64,000 nt of DNA, from assembly GCF_009914755.1 (NCBI RefSeq), contig NC_060945.1; one strand, 5' to 3'. The notes below the pieces were generated by a model. It ran no database searches, had not been told where the DNA came from, and saw nothing but the letters and a program-made list of their open reading frames with translations. The DNA comes from the human T2T-CHM13v2.0 reference genome, Homo sapiens. A program made the translations under genes and the position numbers. Each line of letters starts with the position of its first letter. The stretch's first letter is position 1. Positions 21,041 through 46,876 of the stretch are shown here, piece after piece.

Positions 21041-21447
21041 TAGAAGAAAAAAAAAGCTGAGGCAAACTTGATATAAGTAGAGAGGTTATTTGGGCCAAGT
21101 TTGAAGATTGCAACCCGGGAGCATAGCTTCAAGTTGCCCTGAACATAGGATTTGCAACAGTGACAAGTGGGTTTATAAAGCTTAAGAGGGGGGCAGTTCT
21201 TAAATAGCTCACCAAGAATTTACATGAAAATAACAAGCTATTAATTGGCTGTACGTTGTTCTTTATATCATAATTCCAGGAAAGGAAGTTCATGGGTGAA
21301 GGCAGCGGGTCCGGAGCAATAGTGCCTTTAAACAATTGCCAGGCATGGGTGGGGACCGCTGAAGCCGCATAGACCTGTCTCTCCGGGCCGGATTAACCTC
21401 GCACGCCTCACATAGCTCGGACGCTCTGTGTTGTTTTTCTCTTCTCA
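21033..21447 (-). mobile_element. Solo LTR (LTR47-like; family tentative) immediately upstream of the U2AF1 promoter
   Basis: Reverse complement begins TGAGAAGAGAAAAACAACACAGAGCGTCCGAGCTATGTGAGG and aligns end-to-end with the LTR at 22714-23144. Confidence 0.8.
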
Positions 21448-21978
21448 CACCCCTCTCCGCTTTACCCTCCCTCAGCGCTTGCCAGGTGCGACCTCCCCGG
21501 GGCCCTGCACTCTTGCAGTTGCCTGGCCAAGGCCACCCACAGGTGGAGCTGGAAGGCCAGTGACCTGCCTCTGGGATACCCTTTCAGTCTCCTCATGTCA
21601 CAAGGCTGGAACCATTCCGTTGGAAGGGTTCTATTCCTCTCCTGCGTTTTAACCCCATCAAGCAGCCATTTTCATCTGGTTTCCCACATTCATCAACTCA
21701 CCTGCGATTTACCTAATTTCCAACGCAACTATCAACTCTGATTAGGTAGAAGTCAGAGAGACAGGGCCTATTTTACTTACCTCCTCCACAAGATGAGCCC
21801 CAGACTGTGGGGCAGGACCATGGGATCCTCTTAGCTCGGCTAGAGCTGAATGCTGAGCTCTAGTGTTTGGGCGGATTTGCGTGTTAGAATTGCATTTCTC
21901 TTGGCAACAGAGCATCTTCCTACCTGGGAAAGATGAGCAAACTGGAAACCTGTATTAGAAACAGTAGGGCCTCAGAGG

Positions 21979-22411
21979 TTTAAACCAAAAAGTATCTTGA
22001 GACAGGGCTCAATCAATTTAGAAGTTTATTTTGCCAAGGTTAAGGACAATGCCTGGGAGGAAAAAAAACACGGTATCACAGAAACAGTCTGTGGTCTGTG
22101 CCTTTCTCCAAAGATGACTTTGAGGGCTTCAGTATTTAAAGGGGAAAAGTGGGCTGGAGGGGAAAGCGGAACAGTGTGGTAATCCACACGTTGCAAGAGA
22201 AAAGAAGCAGGTTGGGAACAGTCGACTGTGTACAGCTCACTCCTCAGCAAATCAGCACTTTACATAAGAGAAGCGGATGTTGAACCTTCTATCTGTAGCC
22301 GTCTGCTTAGGAACGAAAGGAAAGGCAGCTGCTTACATGACTCAGCTTTCAGCTCATTCTTTTCCTTTTGACAGAGTGAACTGGGGTCCTGACTTTTGTG
22401 TTCCTTTCGCA
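21979..22411 (-). mobile_element. MER4-group ERV1 solo LTR (MER83-like)
   Basis: gagacagggctcaatcaatttagaagtttattttgccaagg MER4-group end; 4-bp TSD GAGG at 21975-21978 and 22412-22415. Confidence 0.75.
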
Positions 22412-23147
22412 GAGGTGAGGCCAGAGAAGTGACAAGACAGATGCCAGTCCAGCAGGTGGGCATGTCCAGAAAGTGCAGCCTCAGGACACGGTCTGGGAAC
22501 AAAGACTGCTGGAGAGTTGGAAGCTGGCAAGAGGCTCTCAGCTGTGAAGTACCTGGGGTGGGGGAGAAGTGGTCGGAGAAAGCAGAGGTAAGGTCTGTGC
22601 GTGGGAACTGAACTGAAATCCACAGCTCTATTACAAGGAATTAATCTGGTTACTAGAACCAGGGTAGATGATCAGACCAGGCAGGGCCACCAGTACCATC
22701 CACCCATTTTTCCTGAGAAAAGAAAAATAGGGTAGTCTGAGCTCTGTGAGGTGTGCAGAATGATCAGGCCCAGAGAGGCAGGAGTGTGGGACTTCATTCA
22801 GCGCCTCTTCCACCATAGAAGCAACTGTCCAGGGCAATTGTTTGATGGAATTTTTGCTCCTGACAGGCTGCCTCACCCATTATCTTCTTGTTCACATGGA
22901 ATTAGTGATGCTAAGAACGATGCATAGCCAATCAGCACCTTCTGTTATTTTAATGCAAATTCTTGCTAACAACTTAGGGACTGCCTCTTCCTTTTCCTTA
23001 AAACCCCACTGTGACTGCTGCTAATGGGAACATATGTTCAGGGCAACCTAGGGGCATGTGCCCAGGGAGCCATCCTCAAGCTTTGGGCTCAAATAAACTC
23101 TATACTTAATCATATTTCCTGAATTTCATTATTTGAGGTTGACATTT

Positions 23148-23165
23148 TGGCAACCCAGATAGGAC
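23148..23165 (+). other. Primer-binding site, tRNA-Arg-like
   Basis: TGGCAACCCAGATAGGAC 3 nt after the LTR end; 16/18 to the recalled complement of tRNA-Arg 3' ends (TGGCGACCCAGATGGGAC). Confidence 0.6.
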
Positions 23166-23587
23166 CTGAAGCAGGCCTTCAGGGATTGCCACTAAGTAGT
23201 GGCATCAATAGTTGGAGCCTTGGTACCAGCACAAACGACTGTTGTTTACTCGACCTCACTGGGGCTGGCAGGGGTCTCTGGTAAGGCCAGTCTTGGGATC
23301 TGAATCCTCCCAGCTTAGTTGAAGATTGAGACTTACACACTAATAATTTGATAGGGTTAGAACTGAAGCTCCACTGAAAGGTAGGAGTTTCCATTTTTAT
23401 TCTCTAGAGATTCTGTTGACTGCAGATTTGTGATTTTCACTTCTGTCTGAGGTTTTGCTTGTCTTTTTACAGTTTGCAGCCTTTTCTCTCATTCGAAATT
23501 TGGTCAAGGAGAAAGTGTCATCTTTAAAACTGGCCATATTCTGAAACTTGGTTCAACTGACAAATCTAAACATTCTTCTTCTTCTTC

Positions 23588-27388
<3,801 letters not shown>

Positions 27389-27810
27389 TAATAAGTTGGA
27401 TAAAGTGTTTATAAAAAGTTAAAAGTAGGCCCTCAAGCAGGTAAAGTAGGCTTGCTTCTTTTCAGAGCTATCCATGCTGATTCCAGGCATAGAGAATGCC
27501 TCCTTTGCCCTATTCATTAAAGGGCTTCACCCTGAAGTCAGTAATCTAATAGAGAAACAAGCTAAGTTGAAAAGACCCTGTGATGGTTAATATTAGCTGT
27601 CAACCTGATTGGATTGAAGGATGGTAAAGTATTGTTCTTGGGTGTGTTGTGAGGGTGTTGCCAGAGGAAATTGACATTGGAGTCAGTGGACTGAGAGAGG
27701 AAGACCCACCCTCAGTGTGGGTGGGCACCATCCGATTGGCTGACAGTGTGGCTGGAACAAAGCAGGTGGAGGAGGGTGGGAGAAGCTGGCTTGCTGAGTC
27801 TTCTGGCTTT

Positions 27811-29184
27811 TGTAGCCACCCAGTGAGTTCACCTAGCCGGCTGCCTAGATGGAGCGGATTTATCAGGACAGGGGAATTGCAATGCAGAACGAGTAATTTA
27901 CACAGAGCTAGCTGTGCGGGCGACTGGAGTTTTATTATTACTCAAATTAGACATCCCAAGAATTTGCAGATCAGAGTTTTTAAAGATAATTTGGCGGCTC
28001 AGGAAGTAGGAGTGCTGATTGATCTGGCTGGAGATGGAATCACAGGGAGGTCAAAGTGAGGTTTCCTTGCTGTCTTCTGTTCCTGGGTACAATGGCAGAA
28101 CTGGCTGAGCCAGATAGCCGGTCTGTGTGGTATCAGCTGATCCATAGAGTACAGGGTCTTGCAGAATAAATACCTCAAGCACTGATCTTCGGATTACAAT
28201 GGTGATGTTATCCCCAGGAGCAATTTCGGGAGGTTTGGACAGCCAGAGGCTGGATGACCTTTAAATCAAAATTTCTTTTTTTTTTTTTCAAAGAAGCCCC
28301 ATTTTATTACAGAGAGCATACAAAGCCGTTTCCTCATAAGGAAAAGTACAGCTTCCCTTCTCCAGGGTGACAGATGAGCCTTTTCTGAAGTTCTCAGCTT
28401 TCTCTTCTATCGATATTTCCCATGTCAGTTAAAGTGTTTGTAGAGACAGCTGATGCGTTTATTGAGGTTGTGCAGCTCATCAGCAAACATTCTGTTTCCA
28501 ACCATTTTCTTCTTTAGCATACAGCGTTGCAATTCATTCCCCTTCCAATCTCGAAGCCATATGGGGTCCCTGATCAGCTTTTGGGGTGCTTTTCAAAGTT
28601 TCCCAGGATCCTGATGTTGTCATACACTCTGAACATGGCCATCCTTTCGTTCCAAGGATCAACTACTTTGGGGGGTAGGAGCCTTATACCAATCAATCTA
28701 GGAATACCAAGAAAGAAGCTTCTGCATGCCACACCTAGTCCCACAGGCGCCTACCTGCCCTACATAAGAGGCTCCCTGCCATTTCTCTAGTCTGCCCCTT
28801 CAACAGCACACCAAATAAGCCCAAGAATGAGGACCAGATGTGGCCTTCAAGAAGACAACAGGAACCGTCCCTGTCGACTTCACACGGGTACTAACGTGAA
28901 GGCAGCCACCTTGGGCCTTAAAATTTCTAATCTTGTAGCTAATTTGTTACTCCTACAAAGGCAGACTGGTTCCTAGGCAAGAAGGGGATCTTTCTGGGAA
29001 ATGGCTATTATCAATTTTGTTTCAGAGTCAAACTATAAGCTAAATTCCTTCCCAAGGTTAGTTGGCCTGTGCCCAGGCATGAACAAAGACAGCCTAAAGG
29101 TTAGAAGCAAGATGGAGTCAGGTAGGTCTGATCTCTTTCACTGTCATCATTTCCTCAGTTGTAATTTTTGCAGAGGCAGTTTCA
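27811..29184 (-). mobile_element. LTR8 (ERV1) solo LTR, split by the MRPL51 retrocopy
   Basis: Reverse complement starts TGAAACTGCCTCTGCAAAAATTAC; 4-bp TSD CTTT at 27807-27810 and 29185-29188. Confidence 0.85.
28277..28919 (-). pseudogene. MRPL51P2: Processed pseudogene of mitochondrial ribosomal protein L51
   Basis: Intronless remnant 28782-28407 reads [15 protein letters not shown]...WKGNELQRC...LYKHFN*HGKYR*; stops at 28737-28735 and 28427-28425; AATAAA 28308-28303, poly(A) tail, TSD AAAATTTCT at 28268-28276 and 28920-28928; P2 number from memory. Confidence 0.9.
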
Positions 29185-29777
29185 CTTTCATCTTTCTCCT
29201 GTGCTGGATGCCTCCTCCGTTCCCCCTGCCCTTGGACATCAGACTCCAGGTTCTTTGGCCTTTGGACTCTTGGACTTAAGCCAGTGGTTTGCTTGGGACT
29301 CTCGGGCCTTCAGCCACAGATTGAAGCCTGCACTGTTGGCTTCCCTACTTTTGAGGCTTTTGGACTCCGACTGAGCCACTCCTGGCTTCCTTCTTCTGCA
29401 GCTTGCAGACGGTGTATCATGGGACTTCACCCTGTGATGGTGTGAACTAGTTCTCCCTAATATACTCCCTTTCATATATATGTCTATTCTGTTAGTTCTG
29501 CCCCTCTGGAGAACCCTAACTAATGCAGACCCTTGTGTAACTTTGATATCCAAAATATGGCTTTCTAGCATTTAGCTGGCTATTTTGAAACTCTTTGTAA
29601 AAAAAATTTATATATATGAAGGAAATCTCCATTTGTAAGGGTGTCTCCCTCCCTGCACCCAAACTGCTAGAAACTGAAGATGGGGAAGACATTGGCTGAA
29701 GACACTGTCTTACAGTTTACATCACAGACCTTGCCTTCGGTGGAAATACTTTTCCTGGCAACCTCGTCTTCACTAGG

Positions 29778-30770
29778 TGTAGGGACCAGCCCCACAGGAT
29801 CGGTGGGTTTTTCTCCCCATGTGCAGAGACGAGAGATTGTAGAAATAAAGACACAAGACAAAGAGATAAAAGGAAAGACAGGTGGGCCTGGGGGACCACT
29901 AACACCAAGATGCGGAGACCGGTAATGGCCCCGAATGTCTGGCTGCGTTGTTATTTATTGGATACAAAGCAAAAGGGGCAGGGTAAAGAGTGTGAGTCAT
30001 CTCCAATGATAGGTAGGGTCACGTGGGTCACGTGTCCACTGGACAGGGGGCCCTTCCCTGCCTGGCAGCCAAGGCAGAGAGGGGGAGAGAGAGAGACAGC
30101 TTGCGCCATTATTTCTGCATATCAGAGACTTTTAGTACTTTCACTAATTTGCTACTGCTATCTAGAAGGCAGAGCCAGGTGTACAGGATGGAACACGAAG
30201 GCGGACTAGGAGTGTGACCACTGAAGCACAGCGTCACAGGGAGATGGTATGCCTTCGGATAACTGAAGGTGGGCCTGAGGCCCTCCACAAGAGATGGAGG
30301 AGTAGAGTCTTCTCTGAACTCCCGTGGGGAAAGGGAGACTCCCTTTCCCGGTCTGCTAAGTAGCCGGTGTTTTTCCTTGACACTGACGCTACTGCTAGAC
30401 CATGGTCCGCTTGACAACAGGCGTCTTCCCAGACGCTGGCGTTACCGCTAGACCAAGGAGCCCTCTGGTGGCCCTGTCCGGGCATAACAGAAGGCTCGCA
30501 TGCTTGTCTTCTGGTCACTTCTCACTATGTCCCCTCAGCTCCTGTGTCTGTATGGCCTGGTTTTTCCTAGGTTATGATTGTAGAGCGAGGATTATTGTAA
30601 TATTGGAATAAAGAGTAATTGCTACAAACTAATGATTAATGATTTTCATATATAATCATGTCTATGATCTAGATCTAGTATAACTCTTGTTGTTTTATAT
30701 ATTTTATTATACTGGAAAAGCTCGTGCCCTCGGTCTCTTGCCTCGGCACGTAGGTGGTTTGCCGCCCACA
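29778..30770 (-). mobile_element. LTR13 (HERV-K group) solo LTR
   Basis: Reverse complement starts TGTGGGCGGCAAACCACC..GCCGAGGCAAGAGACCGAGGGCACGAGC; 6-bp TSD ACTAGG at 29772-29777 and 30771-30776. Confidence 0.9.
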
Positions 30771-31178
30771 ACTAGGCTTTTACCTACACCCTTCTTCCTT
30801 GGTTTGAATTCAGCTCTGTGCTTTTGAGATGTGAATTTTTTCTACTTTGTTTCACCTCAGTCATCCCTTTAGAAGTGCCAATTTAGTGTTGCCTAGCTAA
30901 CAGTTGCTTAGGGATCATGTAAAAGGGGGAAATAAAAACTATTTGAGAGCATAATCAGGTTAAGTATTAATGCTAAAACTTACTTTACAAGTTAGTTGGT
31001 CTTGCTAAGATTTCTCTTTGGTAGAAATGGGGAATTGGAGAGAAGATTCTTTATAAAAACTATAAGATCTGCTTCTGTCTGTATGTCTATATGTTTATAT
31101 GTGTCATGTGTATGTGATATTTCACTACCAAAATATATGAAAAAGCTATAATTAATTGGCTTAAAGAAGGGACTGCTT

Positions 31179-32130
<952 letters not shown>

Positions 32131-32270
32131 GTAAAAGATTTGTTTACCTTTTGAATAAACTGCAAAAAAAGGGGGCTGGGAGAATTTGCCTCATGCTATC
32201 TTTATTATGTCTCTTGATTGGGAACTGAGTCTCTGCTCTATTTTAGAGTAAAAGAGTTGCTCTTTGAAAT

Positions 32271-34971
<2,701 letters not shown>

Positions 34972-36227
34972 TCACCACGTTGGCCAGGCTGGCCTCAAAC
35001 TCCTGACCTCAGGTGATCTACCAGCCTCGACCTCCCAAAGTGCTGGGATTACAGGTGTGAGCCACCATGCCAGGCCGTAAACCACTTTTCGAAAAGAATC
35101 AAAGTAAAACAGTAATTGTCTACGGATGACAAAAGACTTATAGTAGCCATAGTTAAAGATGCCTGTGACAAGGAAAATTGGTTATTTCTGTGGCATCTAA
35201 CAATGTAACATCATAATCATAATTATGACTGATAACATATACCAGGACATATCAAAATTTTAGAAATCTCATATGATTTTGGAACAAATATTAATCACAC
35301 ATTTATACTTGTGTGATACACATATAACTCAAAGAAAGTTAAACGCTATTGTTTATTTGACAATGCTTCCTGTATGATTCTAACATACCGAGTAAGCCTA
35401 CTATTTGGATTTCCAGGAGTTTCTATTTGTTATGTCCAGGTTATGTCCACATTAGTTCAGGTCAAAAAGACTTAATTTTAGAATTTGAAATTTGATTTTT
35501 GGCTGGGTACAGTGGCTCACACTGGTAATCCCAGCACATTGGGAAGCCAAGGAAGGCAGATCGCTTGAGCCCAGGAGTTCAAGATCAGCCTGGACAATAT
35601 GATCAAGCCTCATCTCTAAAAAAAGAATTTAAAAATTAAGCTGAGTGTGGTGGCGTGCATCTGTAGTCTCAGCTGCTCTAGAGGCTGAGGTGGGAGTACT
35701 GCTTGAGCCCAGGAGGGAGAGGTTACAGTGAGCCATGACTGTGCCACTCCAGCCTGAGTAAAAGAGTGAGACCCTATCTCAAAAAACAAAAAAAAAATTG
35801 ATTTTGGGAAGTATGTCAAATATCAAAGGTTTAAAACATTTGATATCAAAATATGGCCAGACACAGTGGCTCACGCCTATAATCACAGCACTTTGGGAGG
35901 CCGAGGTGGGTGGATCACCTGAGGTCATGAGTTCAAGACCAGCCTGACCAACGTGGCAAAACCCTATCTCTACTAAAAATACAAAAATTACCCAGGTGTG
36001 ATGGTGCACACCTGTAATCCCAGCTAGTTGGGTGGCTGAGGTAGGAGAATCATTTGAATCCAGGAGGCGGAGGTTGTAGTGAGCTGAGATCACACCACTA
36101 CACTCCAGACTGGGTGACAGAGCGAGATTCCATCTAAAAAAAAAAAAAAAGGAAAAAAGAAAACATTTGATATCAAAATAGGATCACAGGTCTGTGTAAA
36201 ATAAGTCATTCATTTAGCCAGAATGGG

Positions 36228-37381
<1,154 letters not shown>

Positions 37382-37686
37382 CTATCTCAAAAAAAAAAAA
37401 AAAAAGAAAAGAAAAAAGAAAAGAAAAAAAGTGGTTTACAATCAGCTGCAGTCCAAAGTTTATCTTTTCTTCAAGGAAATTCATGGAAAGGACACTGAGA
37501 AGTACTCTTGAATACAGGTTTCTAATAAACTTAGAGATCATACCATTGGACTAGGTAAAAACTTCCACAACACTAATGAAAAACTGATGCATTCATGAAG
37601 ATTTCTAATCCAGCATCAGGCATTACAATAATTAATTACACCGGACTGAAATTATTTTTATGACTTTTTTGTTGGAACATTGCTAA

Positions 37687-38051
<365 letters not shown>

Positions 38052-39002
38052 TAAAATATATTTTTGTGAGCAAAATTGAAGCATTTATCTTTCTACCTGA
38101 TTTCTCCAGAATTCAGAAACTATGAATGAGTATTCTTATTTTATTGTAATATAATTATTTGCATAATTTTAGTAAAAAATTTTTTTCCTTTGTTAACAGA
38201 ACACAATTGAAGGCACTGGTTATTCTAGCAAGGCTTTGACTGGAATGGCATATTTTCAGATATGACCAGACTGCTCTGAGGAATTCAGGTTGGCTTTATA
38301 GAGTCAATAAAAAGCTACCTGGAAAGAGTGGCCATGTACCTTATCTATACAGTTCCCTTACAAGGTTCCTGATCTTGAGGTAAGTAAATAATGTCCCTTT
38401 CTGACAGGCCCAGGAACCTCAAATATTTTGGGGCCTTGAGAAAAGAGGAACTCACCCAGTTCATGCAGGTGTTACAGGCACAATCTGAAGATGAATCTTT
38501 GGCTTTTTAAAGCCTCAGATTAAAAAGTCTAATCTGAAATTCTCTATGAAAATTCCTTCAAAGCCAACTTGAAAAGAACCTTTATGATCAGTCATTATTC
38601 TTGTTCCACTTTATGCAAATAATGAAGCTGAATATAATGCTAAAACTTATTTTACAAGTAACTTGGTCCCACTAAGATTTATCTTTGGTAGAAATGGGGA
38701 ATCTGAGAGAGAAAAATTATGTTTCAGAAGAAAACGATTTTATACCTATTGATAGATTCCAGCCCTGATGATTGTTTCTGAGTTTTTGTTATTTTCCTGC
38801 AATCCTTAATTATTTCCTGGCTACAACAAGTCTTTAAAGAAGGTCTGGGTTTTAATTTTCTTTATGATGTTTTTAGTTCACTCATAAATTGAATTGTTTT
38901 CTTCTGTTCTGGCATACACATTTCTTTCTGATTATAATTCTTATGTGTATTATATTTCTACTATGTATCTCTCTCTCTCTCTCTTTTTTTTTTTTTTTTT
39001 GA

Positions 39003-39300
<298 letters not shown>

Positions 39301-39476
39301 TAGTTCCCCTAAGAAAACCAAATTCATGGTATTCTGAAGACTAGAGATGATTCAACAGGCAACAGCAGTTATATAAATTGATGACTTGGCTGAGGTCTCA
39401 TTTTTGCCACCCTGTGATGCCATCCCAATTTGGCTTTTGGCTTTCTTCAGATTCCTCACTGAGAGGTATCCTTCCC

Positions 39477-40251
39477 TGATATAATTTGGATATTTGTCCT
39501 CACCCAAATCTGATATTGAAATATAATCCCCAACATTGGAGGTGGGGCCTGGTGGAGGTGGTTGGCTCACGGTGGTGGATTTCTCACGAATGGCTTAGCA
39601 CCCTCCCTTTGGTGCTGTCCTCGTGATAGTGAGTTCTCATGAGATCTGGTCTTTTAAAAGTGTGTGGCACCTCACCTGCCACTCTCTCCCTCTTTCTCTC
39701 TTGTTCCTGCTTTCCCTTTGTGACATGCCCACTCTCCCTTTACCTTTTGCCCTGATTGTCAGCTTCCTAAGGCCTTCCTAGAAGCTGAACAGATGCCAGC
39801 ACCATACTTCCTGTAAAGCCTGCAGAACCATGTGCCAATTAAACCTCTTTTCTTATATATTACCCAATCTCAGGTATTTCTTATTTTTATTTATTTATTT
39901 ATTTACTTATTTATTTATTTTCATGCAAGATAGGTTCTTACTCTGTCACCCAGGCTAGAGTACAGTGGCATGATCATGGCTCACGGCAGCCTTCTCCTCC
40001 CGAGGCTCAGGTGATTCTCCCACCTCAGCCTCCCGAGTGACTGAGACTACAGGCATGTACCACCATGCCTGGCTAATTTTTTTTGAATTTTTAGTAAAGG
40101 TGAGGTTTTGTCATGCTGCCCAGGCTGGTCTCAAACTCCTGGGCTCAAGCCATCTGCCCACCTCGGCCTCCCAAAGTGTTGTGATTACAGGCGCGAGCCA
40201 GTGCAGCCAGCTGGTTATTTCTCTATAGCAATGCAAGAATGGCTTAATACA
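39477..40251 (+). mobile_element. MSTB-like MaLR LTR with an inserted AluJ (~39880-40211, -)
   Basis: tgatataatttggatatttgtcctcacccaaatct...aagaatggcttaataca. Confidence 0.8.
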
Positions 40252-40585
40252 TCTCTCCTCCCCTACATGGGACAAGGCCATCTGATAATTAACCTTCCTA
40301 GCAACTCAGGACTAAGCTCCTGAACATAAAGGGAGCCAAAACAATTTGCATTTTTCTATGAGGCCTTCTTTGAAAGGTCTTGATGAAAAGGGGAGAAATG
40401 GGGAAAAAAATAGCACAGAGCAGTCTGAGCTATGTGAGGTGTGCCAAAGTTATCAGGCCCAGAGAGACAGGAGAGTGGGGCTTTTTGTTTTGTTTTTGTT
40501 TGAGACAACATAGTGAGAGCCTGTCTTTATAAAAAATTTTAAAAAATTATCCAAGCATAAGGGCATGTGCCTGTGGTCCCAGCTA

Positions 40586-40744
<159 letters not shown>

Positions 40745-40894
40745 TCAGGGGAACTTGAATCTAGGCTCCCAGGTGGCCATCCTTAAGCTTTGGGCTTGAA
40801 TAAACTTTGTACTTAATCATAGTTTCTAAATCTCATTATTTAAAGTCGAGAATTCATTCCTCCCTTCATCTGTTCATTCATATGTCTGTCCTTT

Positions 40895-41103
40895 CACCCA
40901 CCAATCCGCTCATCTAGCCATCCACCCATTTGTCTGTTAGTCCGTCCATCCATCCATCCATCCATCCACTCACCCAGACATCCATCCATCCATCCATCTG
41001 TCCTTTCACCCACCCATTTATTCATCCATTCATCCATCCATCTATCCATCCCACTGAGTCATTCATCCATCTATCCATCCATCCATCTGTCCGTCCATCC
41101 ATC
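40895..41103. repeat. Degenerate (TCCA)n tetranucleotide repeat
   Basis: ccatccatccatcc arrays with interruptions. Confidence 0.9.
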
Positions 41104-42003
41104 TTATATTTTGGGGGGCATGTCTGATGTGTCAGATACTGTGGCAGGTGCACAGACACAAATTCGGAAGACAGATCTCCACTTAGAAGTGTGCCAGGCA
41201 CCTCAGCTCAACATATCTCCAGCTGACTTCATTTTATCCTTCTCCTCCCATCTCTTGACGTTCTGTTCAAGCATTTAGTAAATGCCAGTCATCTATAGCC
41301 TGAGCCCACCTGGGTTGCCCTAAGTTGTCTGATTCACATCCATTCTAATTCCTTGGCTTCTCTCAACCATGTCTGCTCCTTTTCCTCCTCTTGGCCATTC
41401 CTGAGTGTACCTGGATCACTACAGCAGTATCTATGCTGTTTCCTCCTTTTCTAGGTGACCATTTGTCCTTCTGCCAGAGGGCTCTGTGGGAAATACAGAT
41501 TCGATCCTGCTGTTTCTTACTGGGAACCCTCCATGGCTCCCAGTCCCTGGAATGTGCCGGGCAACTTTCAGCTCTTGGTCGTGGGAGCCTCCTGCCTGTG
41601 CACAGTGTGTTCTTCCAGGACCCATGCCCACTCCCTCCTTCCCAGCATTCCAGTTTGGCCCTTGAGGCCTCCTTGGAGTCATCCCCCTCCCAGATGTGCA
41701 ATGCATTTTGGGTTCTCAACAGCTTCCCCTCCTTACCTGCAAAGGTTGAACAGACCTGGATCTGCTATCCTGCTTTGCCACTTCCTGCTGCATGACCTGC
41801 ATTATGAAGTTCTCTAGACTCAGGGTTTCCATTGGCTAATAGGATCAGCCAACCTGCCTTTGAGGAGTGGACGAAGCTTGGCACTTAGTAGGTGCCCATG
41901 AGGCATCAGAAACTGCCCTTGTTGAATGATGCTCTAATGCGGTGTTGACATCTCTGTCCTACTAGACTGGGGTTGCTTTGAGGACTCCAATTCTGTCTTT
42001 TCA

Positions 42004-43550
<1,547 letters not shown>

Positions 43551-43729
43551 AAGGGAGTTTTACACTCCAATAAGAGTGAATATAAATGATTTTTTGGGGG
43601 GAAGGGGGAATCCTGCCATTAACAGAAAGCAGGGCTTCCTGACTAAGTTCACTCACAAGGCTGCCATTCACACAGTCACAAATGCTCGGACAGGATGGAC
43701 AGTTCCACTAACGTGCGCTTGGTTGACTG

Positions 43730-44195
43730 TGTGAACCCCAACCATTTGAGACAGGCCTCAGTTAATTTAGAAAGTTTATTTTGCCAAGGTTGAGGACGTG
43801 TACCCGTGACATGGCCTCAGGAGGTCCTGACAACATGTGCCCAAGGTGGTCGGAGCACAGCTTGGTTTTAGACACTTTGGGGAGACCTGAGACATCAGTT
43901 AACACATGTAAGATGAACATTGGTTTGGTCCGGAAAGGTGGGACAACTCAAAGCAAAAGCGGAACTCAAAGCCGGAGGGGGCTTCCAGGTCATGGGTAGA
44001 TAAGAGACAAGTGGTCGCATTCTTTTGAGCTTCTGATGAGCCCCTCCAAAGGAAGCAATCAGATATGCATTTATCTCAGTGAGCAGAGGGGTGACTTGCA
44101 GTAGAAAGGGAGGCAGGTTTGCTATAAGCAGCTCCCAGTTTGACTTTTCCCTTTAGCTTCGTGATTTTGGGGGCCCAAGAGATTTTCCTTTCACA
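43730..44195 (-). mobile_element. MER4A1-like ERV1 solo LTR
   Basis: tgtgaacccc..gagacaggcctcagttaatttagaaag...ttcctttcaca; 4-bp TSD ACTG at 43726-43729 and 44196-44199. Confidence 0.88.
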
Positions 44196-44768
44196 ACTGC
44201 ACGAGCACTTTGACCTAAAACAATTCTTGAAACCGAACCTGGAGATAAAGCCCATCTATGGCAGAAGAAGGTGATAGCAAACCGCATTATTGACCCTCAA
44301 AGTTTATCAACCAAAAGTGGAGTCAGGAGAAAGTCACAGAGAAGAGATGCTGAACCTAGAAATGGGGCACCTATTGTGCCTGCCTCGCATGATGGAGAAA
44401 TTGCTGGAATCGACTGAATACCAGTGACAATGGGAGGGGAAATGTCGGGGAGATGTGGACCCTGGGGAGTCCCCACAGACTATCTGGCAATATCTGTGGC
44501 CTGCTAACTGCTGGCTTCAAGGACATTTATCAGTGAGCAGGAGGACCCCTGAATTAGAGAGATGCTTAGGTGTGGCACTGGTGTTGTGGGAGGAAGTGCC
44601 GAGAAGCCCATTGACACGGTGCTGCCCCAGGACTTCAGAGACTCTTCAATCCATCCTCCATGCTGCCTCCAGCCCCATGACCTCAGCAATGTATCACTGC
44701 TGTGCTCCCTTTCCCAAGACCCCCAAGCAGCCAGATGTAGCCTGATTCATTACATGTATGCATACAGG

Positions 44769-46095
<1,327 letters not shown>

Positions 46096-46426
46096 CGACT
46101 TTTTTTCTTTCACAGACATTTGGCTTCACTTGAACCTGTGTTTGAAGCTTTAGTGAACATTGTCTTTGGGAGTAAGAAGTACTAGAAAATTTATGGTATG
46201 TGGTTATCTTGCTATTTCATGAACTACTGTATTACTATATAAATCAGCTGGAAGCAAGCTGTAATCCTGTTTATGGGATATTTGTTCCACTTACCATGAT
46301 GAATTTGGCTGCAGAAATATCAGTATATTTGCCTTTGGAGTCCTGCCTCAGACCCCTGATGAGGGCTATGCAATCTATAGTACTTGCTTTTATTTGTTTA
46401 TTCTGCTGTAAATGGTTTGTTTGAAT

Positions 46427-46740
<314 letters not shown>

Positions 46741-46876
46741 TGTTTGAATGTTTTGTTTGCGAAAATAGCCTTAATTTTCCCTTCACTGTTTCCATGCACC
46801 TTAGAAATAGGACTTCGTAGCCGGTTGTGGTCATACACACCTACGGTCCCAGCTACTTGCAAGGCTGAGGTGGGGG

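Larger units (their letters stand above)
27579..29527 (+). mobile_element. MLT2A (HERV-L) solo LTR, split by LTR8
   Basis: TGTGATGGTTAATATT...GAGAACCCTAACTAATGCA; 5-bp TSD GACCC at 27574-27578 and 29528-29532. Confidence 0.88.

Noticed and set aside
20048-21071. Long overlapping ORFs (309, 211, 205, 174 aa) across the promoter
   Set aside because: Stop-poor CpG-island sequence; Pro/Arg/Ala/Gly low complexity, mostly non-ATG starts, no recognisable domain
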